Positions 38,385 to 46,926 of a DNA stretch of 64,000 nt are shown here, piece by piece; the first letter of the stretch is position 1, and each line of letters opens with the position of its first letter. The notes below the pieces were generated by a model, which worked only from the letters and a program-made list of their open reading frames with translations, was not told where the DNA came from and ran no database searches. Made by a program: the position numbers and the translations under genes. The stretch spans positions 45,132-109,131 of the forward strand of contig DAISOU010000002.1 in the NCBI GenBank assembly GCA_036830315.1, written 5' to 3'. The DNA is from Bacillota bacterium (GTDB taxonomy: Bacteria > Bacillota_I > Bacilli_A > RFN20 > CAG-288).

Positions 38385-39711
38385 GGTCATTCTCCAAACC
38401 TAAAGGGATCATCACGTCGACTTCAAACATGTCATCAGCGATGATGACATCAAGTTGGCTATTGTATTTTTTGGCGATCTGTTCCATGCTTTTTAATCCA
38501 AAACCATGATTGACCGTATCCTTTTTAGTAGATTTGAATTTCATGTCAGTGTCTTTGGCATCAGCAGGCAGATAATAATTCTCACAGTGAATATGTGCGA
38601 AGTTCTTAATTTTTTTGACAGTCAGAGAGATGAAACGGGATTTGGAGTCGGGGACCTTTTCTTCATATTCCAAAGCGTTGTCGAGCATATTGCCAAAGAG
38701 TGAATAAGTATCGGCTTCGTTCATGAACAGAAGGGAACTGCCATCGACCATGCAGGTAAGCTGGACTTCTTTTTTCTGGCAGCGGAGTGAAATGTTGGAG
38801 AGGATGACATCTAAGACTTCATTTCCGGTTTTGATGACGGCATCATAGATATAGATGGAGCTTTCCAACTGTTTCATCATGCTGTCTACACCCTGATTGG
38901 GGTTGGAGCTTTCACGGTAATTCTGAATCTGATGTCTTAAATCGTGGCATTTGATGTTGATGATATCCATGCTTTCTTTCTGTATCTGATACTGTTTGCG
39001 GTCTTCGTTCCACATCTGCTTGATGATGGAAATCATGGTGTTGCTTTCTTCAGTCTTCATCATGTTGAGGAAGAAGGAAGTCATCAGGACTATATAGAAG
39101 AGGAAGGCGATAAATAAGAAAAGAGAGAACTGACTCTCTTTATTGGAAATGATTATTCCTGAGGTTTCAAAGAGAAGAGAGACGATGATAAAAAGCCAGA
39201 CGAAGGCAAAAGTGAATTTGGCTGATACCTGTTCGGTTCTTCCTTTGAAATTTCGGACGAAGATAAAGTAGATGAATATTGCCGATAAGACAAAAGCCAG
39301 CATTTCTATGAGCCATTGGAGGTAAGTTGAAGGAAAGACAGAAGCCAATTGGAGAATGGATATAGTGATCATGGAGACTGCCTTAGTTATATTCTTCCCC
39401 AGAAAGACTACGGCTGCGATGAAATAACGGGTGCTGTTGTTCTGGGATATCAGGAAAAACAATGAGAAGATAGCCAATAAATAAAGGATAATATCGAATA
39501 TAATCACTAAATATGGTGATAGAGTTTCTGTTATTGATTTATCTAGAAATGCGAATAAAGCACAAAAAGCAATTCCTATTGATACACAGGAAACAGCTCT
39601 TATTGCAAAGTTGTGACGGCGGTCCATCTGTCTGATCTCAATTATCACTAGAATCAGGCATTGGAAAAAAGCCAACAGGTGAGTTCCAAAGTATGTAAAA
39701 TATTCTGTCAT
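38368..39711 (-). CDS. AgrC/HPK10-like GHKL sensor histidine kinase (TCS-2)
   Basis: About 6 TM helices. H-box IKCHDLRHQIQNY, N-box LFGNMLDNALEY, G-box NHGFGLKSMEQIAKKY. Confidence 0.9.
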   Translation of the reverse strand: MTEYFTYFGTHLLAFFQCLILVIIEIRQMDRRHNFAIRAVSCVSIGIAFCALFAFLDKSITETLSPYLVIIFDIILYLLAIFSLFFLISQNNSTRYFIAAVVFLGKNITKAVSMITISILQLASVFPSTYLQWLIEMLAFVLSAIFIYFIFVRNFKGRTEQVSAKFTFAFVWLFIIVSLLFETSGIIISNKESQFSLFLFIAFLFYIVLMTSFFLNMMKTEESNTMISIIKQMWNEDRKQYQIQKESMDIINIKCHDLRHQIQNYRESSNPNQGVDSMMKQLESSIYIYDAVIKTGNEVLDVILSNISLRCQKKEVQLTCMVDGSSLLFMNEADTYSLFGNMLDNALEYEEKVPDSKSRFISLTVKKIKNFAHIHCENYYLPADAKDTDMKFKSTKKDTVNHGFGLKSMEQIAKKYNSQLDVIIADDMFEVDVMIPLGLENDHDKEK

Positions 39712-39712
39712 T

Positions 39713-40417
39713 CTATAAACCTAGATAAGAATTAAGAGAAGAAAGGAAGGCTTTTTTCTTGGAGTGGGATATTGATATCGGTATTTTCCTGTCGGTCAGA
39801 TAAACGGTATCTTTATCGGTTCCCACAACATACTTCATATTGACGATAGTCGAATGGTTACAGCGGATAAAAGGGCCTTTTGACAATTCGCTTTCAGCGG
39901 CGGCCAAAGTTTTCCACACTTCAAAATCTCCTTGCTCGGTATGATAAATCAAGAGGTGATCGGAGATTTCAAGATAATAGACAGTGGAGAGATAGACTTT
40001 CCTCGTTCCACCGACTGTTTTCAGAACCACTTCGTCTTCGTTGTTGCTGATTAAGATTCTCATCGTCTTTTTCATCAGGGATGAGAAACGGGCATAATTG
40101 ATAGGCTTCAATACGTAATCCAAGGCATCAACTTCATAGCCTTTGATTGCGTATTGAACCATATTGGTTATGAATATCAATACGACCTTTTTATCAAAAG
40201 CCCGGATTCTCTTTGCCAAGTCCATGCCGTTGATAGCCGGCATTTCAATATCGAGGAGAATCAGATCATAGGGTTTCTTTTCATCAAGAAAAGACAATCC
40301 GTTATTGTAATAATGGATTTCAAACTCAATGCCGTTGTCTTTTTGAAAATGAATTAGATGTTCATGGAGGATGTCATAGGCAGCTTTTTCATCTTCGACT
40401 ATCGCTACATTTATCAT
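39713..40417 (-). CDS. LytTR-family response regulator (TCS-2)
   Basis: I prefer the ATG at 40417 (MINVAIVEDEK) because it aligns with the N-termini of the other two RRs. Receiver motifs LILLDIEMPAINGMD and LIFITN. LytTR C-terminus FIRCNHSTIVNMKYV. Confidence 0.9.
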   Translation of the reverse strand: MINVAIVEDEKAAYDILHEHLIHFQKDNGIEFEIHYYNNGLSFLDEKKPYDLILLDIEMPAINGMDLAKRIRAFDKKVVLIFITNMVQYAIKGYEVDALDYVLKPINYARFSSLMKKTMRILISNNEDEVVLKTVGGTRKVYLSTVYYLEISDHLLIYHTEQGDFEVWKTLAAAESELSKGPFIRCNHSTIVNMKYVVGTDKDTVYLTDRKIPISISHSKKKAFLSSLNSYLGL

Positions 40418-40586
40418 TTTGTTTTGATTACTTATTTTACTATATTCTGTGAGCAAAAAGAACACCTGATGATAATTGGCTGAGAGTCTAAAAACAGATT
40501 TAGGTGTTTTTCCGTATTAGTTTTGTGTTATTCTTTTTAAAAAGAATTGGTCCTGTGTTTTTTTCTTTCTGTTTTGAGGTATCTAA

Positions 40587-41297
40587 ATGGTAAAAATAGC
40601 ATTTGTCGAGGATGACAAGAAGTATCGCGATCTTCTTTCTCAATATTTGAATGTCTACATAAGTAAGAATAAACATGAGTTTTCTTCTCTCTTCTTTTCG
40701 GACGGAGAAAAATTCCTGGCTTCTGATAACAGCTTTGATATCGTCTGTTTCGATATTGATCTTCCCGGAATGAACGGAATGGAAACGGCTAAGAAACTAA
40801 GAGAGAAAAACCCCGAATGCGTAATTCTTTTCATTACCAACTTAGCTCAGTATGCAATCAAAGGCTATGAGGTTGAAGCTTTGGATTTTGCCGTCAAACC
40901 TCTTTCTTATCCAGACTTTGAAATGAAGATGAACAAAGCCCAGCGCTACCTTGAGAAAAAACAGAACTATCAGGTTTCAGTCGATACAATCGACGGAACT
41001 ATCGCCCTTCTCAATACTGATGACATTCTTTATGTCGAGGTGATCAAACATTATCTGACTTATCATACGAAGACTAAGGACTATGTCGTCAGAGGGACGA
41101 TGAAAAAAGAAGAGAATAAGCTCAAGTTTGATTTCTTTTTCCGTACCAACAGCGGATTTTTAGTCAATATGAAGAACATCTCACAGGTAGATGGCGATAC
41201 GATCTATATCGGCAAGAAGGCTCTTCCGGTATCGAGAAGCCGCAAGACTGACTTCATCAAAGCCTTTGCCGGGTATATCGGAGGAATCGGAAAATGA
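40587..41297 (+). CDS. LytTR-family response regulator (TCS-3)
   Basis: MVKIAFVEDDK, VCFDIDLPGMNGME, ILFITN, FFRTNSGFLVNMKNI. The stop overlaps the kinase start (ATGA). Confidence 0.9.
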   Translation: MVKIAFVEDDKKYRDLLSQYLNVYISKNKHEFSSLFFSDGEKFLASDNSFDIVCFDIDLPGMNGMETAKKLREKNPECVILFITNLAQYAIKGYEVEALDFAVKPLSYPDFEMKMNKAQRYLEKKQNYQVSVDTIDGTIALLNTDDILYVEVIKHYLTYHTKTKDYVVRGTMKKEENKLKFDFFFRTNSGFLVNMKNISQVDGDTIYIGKKALPVSRSRKTDFIKAFAGYIGGIGK

Positions 41298-42604
41298 CCT
41301 TTCATCTTAATCCCTATGATTTCTTCGAGGAAATCCGCTATATCACTGAGATTATCATCGGTGAATATCTATTGTTCATTCCTTCTCCCATTCAGAAGAG
41401 ATCGAAATTTCTGTTGAGAATCTGCATATCTACTCCGATTCTCATCCTCAGCAGTTTCTTTTATTTCCTGATCTTCAAATCCATCGCTGATTATGTCGGT
41501 CCAGACGGAAGTTTAGGATATCTTCGTTTTGTCTTCAGTGGCTGGTATAGTTTTCTGATCATCTTAAGCTGTCTGAATATCTGTTTTCTCTTTGATACGA
41601 CAGGAGGAATCATCATCTCCCGCTGCCTTATCGCCTGGTGTTTTCAGCATCTGGAATATGCTATCGTCAATGAGGCGATGGGCTTAGGATTCTGGAAAAA
41701 CGGCCGAATCAATTATCTTTGGGCATATATTCTTATTTCGATAGTCACCTGTGCTCTGGTCTTCTTTCTCATGTACAAGATATTCCATAAGTTCATGAAG
41801 GTGACTGATATCGACAAAAAGAGCAAAGGCTTCACCTGGTTCTATGTGCTGTTCTTTCTGATTCTTCTTTGTATAACTTTCTATTGTCAGAAGATCTTCA
41901 ACGCCTTTATCAAAACTGACATCTATAACGCTTATTTTGCGGTGTTTGTCGATTCTCTGACCTGCGTCATCGTCTTAGTAAGCCAGTTTATGATTTACAG
42001 TCTCAATCTTTCCAATATTCAGAAGAAGGAAGCTCAGCTTCTTTTGGCTGAAAGAGAAAAGCAGTATGAACAGAACAGGGAAGCTATCACGATCATCAAT
42101 AAGAAAAGCCATGATCTCAAACACCAGATACTCGCCTTAAAGGGAATGAGTTCTGATAAACAGGATGAAGCATTGAAAGATGTCTATTCCAGCATCAGCA
42201 TCTATGATTCTTCCTTTCATACTGGGAATGATGTTCTTGATACTATCTTCACTCAGAAGAAACTTGTTGCCGAAAAGAAGCATATCTCCATCACTTCGAT
42301 AATTGACGGAACCGCTTTGAACTTCATCGATAAACTGGACTTGTATGTTCTCTTTGGAAACGCTCTTGATAACGCCATTGAAGCCTGCGAAAAACTTGAG
42401 AATCGAGAAGAGAGAATAATCTCTGTCAATATCAAGAATGTCAAAGGTTTTGCCTCCATTCAAGTCGAGAACAATTTCGACGGTGTCATCAACGCCGTCG
42501 GGGATTCTCTTTCCACCAGCAAGAATGACAAGGTCTATCACGGATACGGATATCAGAGCATTTTAGATATCGTTCATAAATATAAGGGACAGGTAGTTTA
42601 TTAG
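41294..42604 (+). CDS. AgrC/HPK10-like GHKL sensor histidine kinase (TCS-3), ending prematurely at a TAG relative to its paralogs
   Basis: H-box KKSHDLKHQILAL, N-box LFGNALDNAIEA, G-box YHGYGYQSILDIVHKYKG. The ORF stops 2 aa after KGQV, whereas the paralogs continue ~25 aa. In-frame sequence after the TAG matches the paralog C-termini (see findings). Confidence 0.75.
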   Translation: MTFHLNPYDFFEEIRYITEIIIGEYLLFIPSPIQKRSKFLLRICISTPILILSSFFYFLIFKSIADYVGPDGSLGYLRFVFSGWYSFLIILSCLNICFLFDTTGGIIISRCLIAWCFQHLEYAIVNEAMGLGFWKNGRINYLWAYILISIVTCALVFFLMYKIFHKFMKVTDIDKKSKGFTWFYVLFFLILLCITFYCQKIFNAFIKTDIYNAYFAVFVDSLTCVIVLVSQFMIYSLNLSNIQKKEAQLLLAEREKQYEQNREAITIINKKSHDLKHQILALKGMSSDKQDEALKDVYSSISIYDSSFHTGNDVLDTIFTQKKLVAEKKHISITSIIDGTALNFIDKLDLYVLFGNALDNAIEACEKLENREERIISVNIKNVKGFASIQVENNFDGVINAVGDSLSTSKNDKVYHGYGYQSILDIVHKYKGQVVY

Positions 42605-42680
42605 GTGCAGGACCAGGTCTTCATTTTACAGATTTTAATTCCTGAACGGGTCTGATTACCGGTTTTGCCTAATTCAATAC

Positions 42681-42715
42681 CGAAAAAGCCTGGTTTTAAA
42701 AAATCAGGCCTTTTT
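42681..42715 (+). terminator. Weak terminator-like hairpin after TCS-3
   Basis: AAAAAGCCTG-gttttaaaaaat-CAGGCCTTTTT: a short GC stem with a T-run. Confidence 0.4.
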
Positions 42716-42846
42716 AATGTATTCTTTCAGATGTAAGCCCTTGCATATACCTTGTGCAAGTCTAAGAAAGGATAAAAGGAGGCTTTTTATTATCGGATTC
42801 TTATGTCATACGAGCTGAGATGATGCTAAAAGAAAGGAAAAAGCAA

Positions 42847-45800
42847 ATGAAAAAAAGCTTTATCGCATTAGGGGCGTTAGCGTTATTCGGATGTTCCTTC
42901 GCTTCGGGAAAGATGAACTCTTCTCTGCAGATTGATAACTATAACCGGGCACTTCAGACAAATCGGGCATATACTTCTGATTATGATGCCAAAGAGGATG
43001 CTCTGAAGAAAGGTCTTGAAATCAACGAGCAGATTGCTGAAGAAGGCATGGTTTTACTTAAAAATGAGAATAATGCCCTTCCTTTAAGTGCCAAGAAGGG
43101 TACTCTTGCCAGTCATGTGACTGTCTTTGGCTATGCTTCATTTAATCCTACTGGAGGCGGATCATCTTCAGGAGATGCTTCCGGCGGTATAGCTAAGCTT
43201 ACTGCCACAATCTATTCCAGCTTAGCTGATGCCAACATCGTCGTTAATCCGACTGTCAAGAAAGCCTACACGGGCTGGTTAGCTGAGACTGTCACTGGAA
43301 CTAATTCCTATGGTCAGACAGTTCAGGTTCCTAAATATGGCTCTGATTTGGCTCTTGACGGAATTATAGAAGAAAACAAGACGACTTTAGAAGATTCTTA
43401 TGGTTCCTACTCTGATGCTGCTATCCTCGTCTTCACCAATGGCACAGGAACTGAAAGAGCTCATCGTATGGCTCTTGATCAGGAACAGTATGACTTGGTT
43501 GATTATGCAGCCAGCAAGTTTGGCAAGGTCATCGTCCTTATCAACAATTCGACTCCGATTGAAATCAAGAAACTCAAAGACAACGTCAATGTCGATTCTA
43601 TCTTGGTTATCGGAGAACCCGGTGACAACGGCTTTGAGGCTGTCGGCAAGATCTTGAACGGCACCGTCAATCCTAGCGGCCACTTGTCTGATACTTATTC
43701 GGCTGATTTCACCAAGGATCCCAGTTTCAACAATATCAACCTGACCGGTGCCGCGGACGGAAACCCGCAGTATACCGTCAACGGCGAAAAGAAGAATTCC
43801 TATTTCCGCGATTATGACGAAGGCATCTATACCGGCTATCGTTATTATGAGACTGCCTATGCTGAAAAACTCGCCGGAAACTATGCTGATTTTGAATATG
43901 ACAGTGCAGTCGCCTATCCTTTCGGACATGGCTTAAGCTACACTGACTTCAAATGGTCTCTAGTCTCAACCAGCGGAACTCTTGAGAAAAACGGAAATCT
44001 TTCCTTTAATGTCAAGGTTACCAATGACGGAGAGACAGCTGGCAAAGATGTCGTCGAACTCTTCTATCATGCTCCCTATATCACAGGCGGAATCGAAAAG
44101 TCTGATGTGGTCTTAGGAGACTATGCTAAGACTGACTTGCTAAAACCTGGCGAGAGTCAAATCGTCAACTTGGAAGTCGATGTCAATGACTTGGCTTCTT
44201 ATGACTATAAGACCGATAAGACTTATGTTCTTGATGCCGGAGACTATGTCTTCTCCCTGAGAACTGATGCTCATACTGTCAAGAAAAACGCTGACAGCGA
44301 AGATCTGAAGGTGACTAAGAATCTGGCTGCCAAGGCTTTAGTCAATACTTCAGTCACCGGTTATACTGTCACCAATCAGTTCCAGGATGTCACTGACGGT
44401 GGAAATGAACACGGAGTCGGTACTTTCTCCAGAGCGAATTTCACGACTACCTGGCCGGCTGCCCCGACTGCCGAAGAACACGTTCTGACAGCTGAGCAGT
44501 TTAAGGCTCTGGAGACTGTCGTCACGAAGGAATATGATACTGGCTCCAAATGGGAAGAGACAACTATGCCTGCTTATTCTGATCCTGATACCCGTCCGGC
44601 TACTGCAGCTGTAAAGCTTGCTGACCTGACTGGTGCTGATTACGATGATCCTAAGTGGGACACTCTTCTCGATGAGCTTTCCTTAGATGAAATGAACAAT
44701 CTTATCACCAATGCCGGCTTCAGAACCGAATCCATCGATTATATCGGCAAACCTTATTCTCTTGACACTGACGGACCTAAGGGCTGGACTGGTACTGGAA
44801 CTTCTGGAACCAGATTCAACGCTTTCGCTGCTGAACCTGTCATTGCTGCTACCTGGAACAAGGAATTAGCTTATGATATGGGCAAGATTGTCGGTGATCA
44901 GGGTATCTGGGGCTGTCTTGACAGAACCGATACGGCTGCTGGCGGTAAAATCTATGGTTACACTGGCTGGTATGCTCCTGGCATGAACCTGCACAGAAGT
45001 CCTTTCGATGGACGTTTTAACGAATACTTCTCCGAAGACCCTGTCTTGACTGGAAACACTGTCGCTAATCAGTCTTTGGGTATCAAATCTAAAGGCGGTT
45101 ATGTCTTCCTCAAGCACTTCGCCGTCCATGAAGACGGTGGCGGTGTCGGAATCTCGATGTCGGGAGGTTCCTTCAAGATCACCGGTTATCGCGGTGGTGC
45201 TGAAGCTACTTCCGGAACCTGCTACTGGCTTACTGAACAGGCGATGCGTGAACTCTATCTGAAGCCTTTCCAGATTGCCGTCGAAGATGGTCAGGCCGGT
45301 GCTGTCATGTCTTCCTTCTCAAGACTTGGAACTACTTGGGCCGGTGCTTCTTATTCCTTACTTACCGAATGTCTGAGAAACGAGTGGGGATTCAAGGGCT
45401 ATGTTGTCACCGATATCGATATCTACGGCTTCCTCAACGTCGACCAGATGATCAGAGCCGGCGGCGACTGCCTCCTCACTTCTTCCATCACCTCCAATAA
45501 GAGAAGATGCGGAACGACAGATTACACTTCTTTGGATAACCCCACTGCCACTCAGATTGCCGCTATGAGAAGAGCTACCAAGTCTATTCTCTACACTGTC
45601 GGAAATTCTCACGCCATGGATGTTCCGATGGGTGCCAAGGTAAATTACGCAGCTGAAAATTCGATTGTCAGCGGCGAAGTCGGTGCGGCTCTTGATATCG
45701 ATTGCTCTGATACCTCTCTCAATACCAAATACAACTATTCTCCGATAACATACACTGCTGAAACTCTTCCTGAAGGTCTTACTCTTGATGCTGCAACCGG

Positions 45801-46173
45801 ACATATCACCGGAACTGTGGCAACTGCCGGTCTCTATTCCATTGATGTCGTAGCTGCTGCTGATGGCTATGAATCAGCGACTAAACAGATTCTTGTTTCA
45901 GTCAATGATGGCTCCAAGACAATCAGTGAACAGATTACCGATTTAGAGGCTCAGATTGAGGCTTTGAAGACAAAGTTAGATACTACCAATGCTGATAAGA
46001 CGGCTTTAGAGACCAAGATCACTGAACTTCAGGCTAAGATCGCTGCTCTGGAAGCAAAACCTGAAACTAAGATCGACAATACCGGATTGATTACCGGAAT
46101 TGTCATCGTCGGTGTCTTAGCAGCTGCTGCTGTCGCTTTAGGACTACTTAACCTTTTGAAGAAAAAGAATTAA
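42847..46173 (+). CDS. GH3 exo-glycosidase (GH3-6): lipobox N-terminus, C-terminal Ig-like domain, coiled coil and TM anchor
   Basis: ATG at 42847 follows AAAGGA. Lipobox ALFGC. Motifs: EEGMVLLKNENNALPL, VAYPFGHGLSYTDF, VTNDGETAGKDVVELFY, WYAPGMNLHRSPFDGRFNEYFSEDPVLTG, KHFAVHEDGGG, GFKGYVVTDI. The tail reads YTAETLPEGLTLDAATGHITGTVATAGLYS, then heptad-like LEAQIEALKTKLD...ITELQAKIAALEAK, then a TM helix and KKKN. Confidence 0.9.
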   Translation: MKKSFIALGALALFGCSFASGKMNSSLQIDNYNRALQTNRAYTSDYDAKEDALKKGLEINEQIAEEGMVLLKNENNALPLSAKKGTLASHVTVFGYASFNPTGGGSSSGDASGGIAKLTATIYSSLADANIVVNPTVKKAYTGWLAETVTGTNSYGQTVQVPKYGSDLALDGIIEENKTTLEDSYGSYSDAAILVFTNGTGTERAHRMALDQEQYDLVDYAASKFGKVIVLINNSTPIEIKKLKDNVNVDSILVIGEPGDNGFEAVGKILNGTVNPSGHLSDTYSADFTKDPSFNNINLTGAADGNPQYTVNGEKKNSYFRDYDEGIYTGYRYYETAYAEKLAGNYADFEYDSAVAYPFGHGLSYTDFKWSLVSTSGTLEKNGNLSFNVKVTNDGETAGKDVVELFYHAPYITGGIEKSDVVLGDYAKTDLLKPGESQIVNLEVDVNDLASYDYKTDKTYVLDAGDYVFSLRTDAHTVKKNADSEDLKVTKNLAAKALVNTSVTGYTVTNQFQDVTDGGNEHGVGTFSRANFTTTWPAAPTAEEHVLTAEQFKALETVVTKEYDTGSKWEETTMPAYSDPDTRPATAAVKLADLTGADYDDPKWDTLLDELSLDEMNNLITNAGFRTESIDYIGKPYSLDTDGPKGWTGTGTSGTRFNAFAAEPVIAATWNKELAYDMGKIVGDQGIWGCLDRTDTAAGGKIYGYTGWYAPGMNLHRSPFDGRFNEYFSEDPVLTGNTVANQSLGIKSKGGYVFLKHFAVHEDGGGVGISMSGGSFKITGYRGGAEATSGTCYWLTEQAMRELYLKPFQIAVEDGQAGAVMSSFSRLGTTWAGASYSLLTECLRNEWGFKGYVVTDIDIYGFLNVDQMIRAGGDCLLTSSITSNKRRCGTTDYTSLDNPTATQIAAMRRATKSILYTVGNSHAMDVPMGAKVNYAAENSIVSGEVGAALDIDCSDTSLNTKYNYSPITYTAETLPEGLTLDAATGHITGTVATAGLYSIDVVAAADGYESATKQILVSVNDGSKTISEQITDLEAQIEALKTKLDTTNADKTALETKITELQAKIAALEAKPETKIDNTGLITGIVIVGVLAAAAVALGLLNLLKKKN

Positions 46174-46192
46174 GGAAAGGATAACAGTATAA

Positions 46193-46864
46193 ATGCTTAA
46201 AAAAAGAATTGGATTTGCTCTTCTCGGTGTTTTGATAGTTTTGACAGGATGCGGGGAAAAATCTTCCTCCTCAGTTTCTGACAAACCCGCATCCTCCGTC
46301 TCTTCATCAGTGACTTCTTCTTCCAAAGAAGAAGCTAGTTCATCTAGTGTTGAAAAACCTGAATATGAAAGATTCGAGGCTGAATACATCAATGTCACTG
46401 ATCCTATCTTGATGGGTTCAGGAATCTCAGGGTCGGCAGCTGGTGTCAATCTTGTTTTGCAGGATGCCAATAGCAGCAATGGCTGGTTTATCGGCTACTC
46501 TCATAGAACGGGATTTGCCGTCACTTACAAAATCACTGCTGATAAAGCGGCTACGGCCAAGATGAAACTGGGCTTTGGCAATGAACTTGGTGTAGGCATG
46601 ACGATGAATACTGCTTCTCTGGCTTTTTCACTGAATGGAACGGCTGTTACCTACAATCAATTCGTGATTCAGGTTGATGGCTGGCACTCCTACGACTTCT
46701 CTTCTACTTTGAACCTAGTCAAAGGTGAGAACACCTTAGTAATGACAGTCGGTACCAATGAATACTGCAACGGCGGACCCGGTGGACCTCTCTTCGATTA
46801 TATCGATTTGAAAACTGAGGCTGCCTTAAGCTGGAATCCGGTAACTTCAAACATCGAAGAATAA
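46193..46864 (+). CDS. Small lipoprotein with one CBM6/35-like module
   Basis: Lipobox VLTGC and a Ser-rich linker. The module starts YERFEAEYINVTD. Confidence 0.8.
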   Translation: MLKKRIGFALLGVLIVLTGCGEKSSSSVSDKPASSVSSSVTSSSKEEASSSSVEKPEYERFEAEYINVTDPILMGSGISGSAAGVNLVLQDANSSNGWFIGYSHRTGFAVTYKITADKAATAKMKLGFGNELGVGMTMNTASLAFSLNGTAVTYNQFVIQVDGWHSYDFSSTLNLVKGENTLVMTVGTNEYCNGGPGGPLFDYIDLKTEAALSWNPVTSNIEE

Positions 46865-46874
46865 GGATTAGACC

Positions 46875-46910
46875 CTCATACGCCCGGTTTCCGGGCGTAT
46901 GAGTTTATTG
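46875..46910 (+). terminator. Intrinsic terminator
   Basis: CTCATACGCCCGG-ttt-CCGGGCGTATGAG followed by TTTATT. Confidence 0.85.
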
Positions 46911-46926
46911 AAATCAAGGAGAAAAC

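Noticed and set aside
42803-42823. A six-codon uORF (MSYELR) whose TGA overlaps the ATGATG at 42820, upstream of GH3-6.
   Set aside because: The nearest Shine-Dalgarno (AAGGAGG at ~42776) is ~20 nt away, which is too far. The peptide has no regulatory hallmark. It is probably fortuitous.
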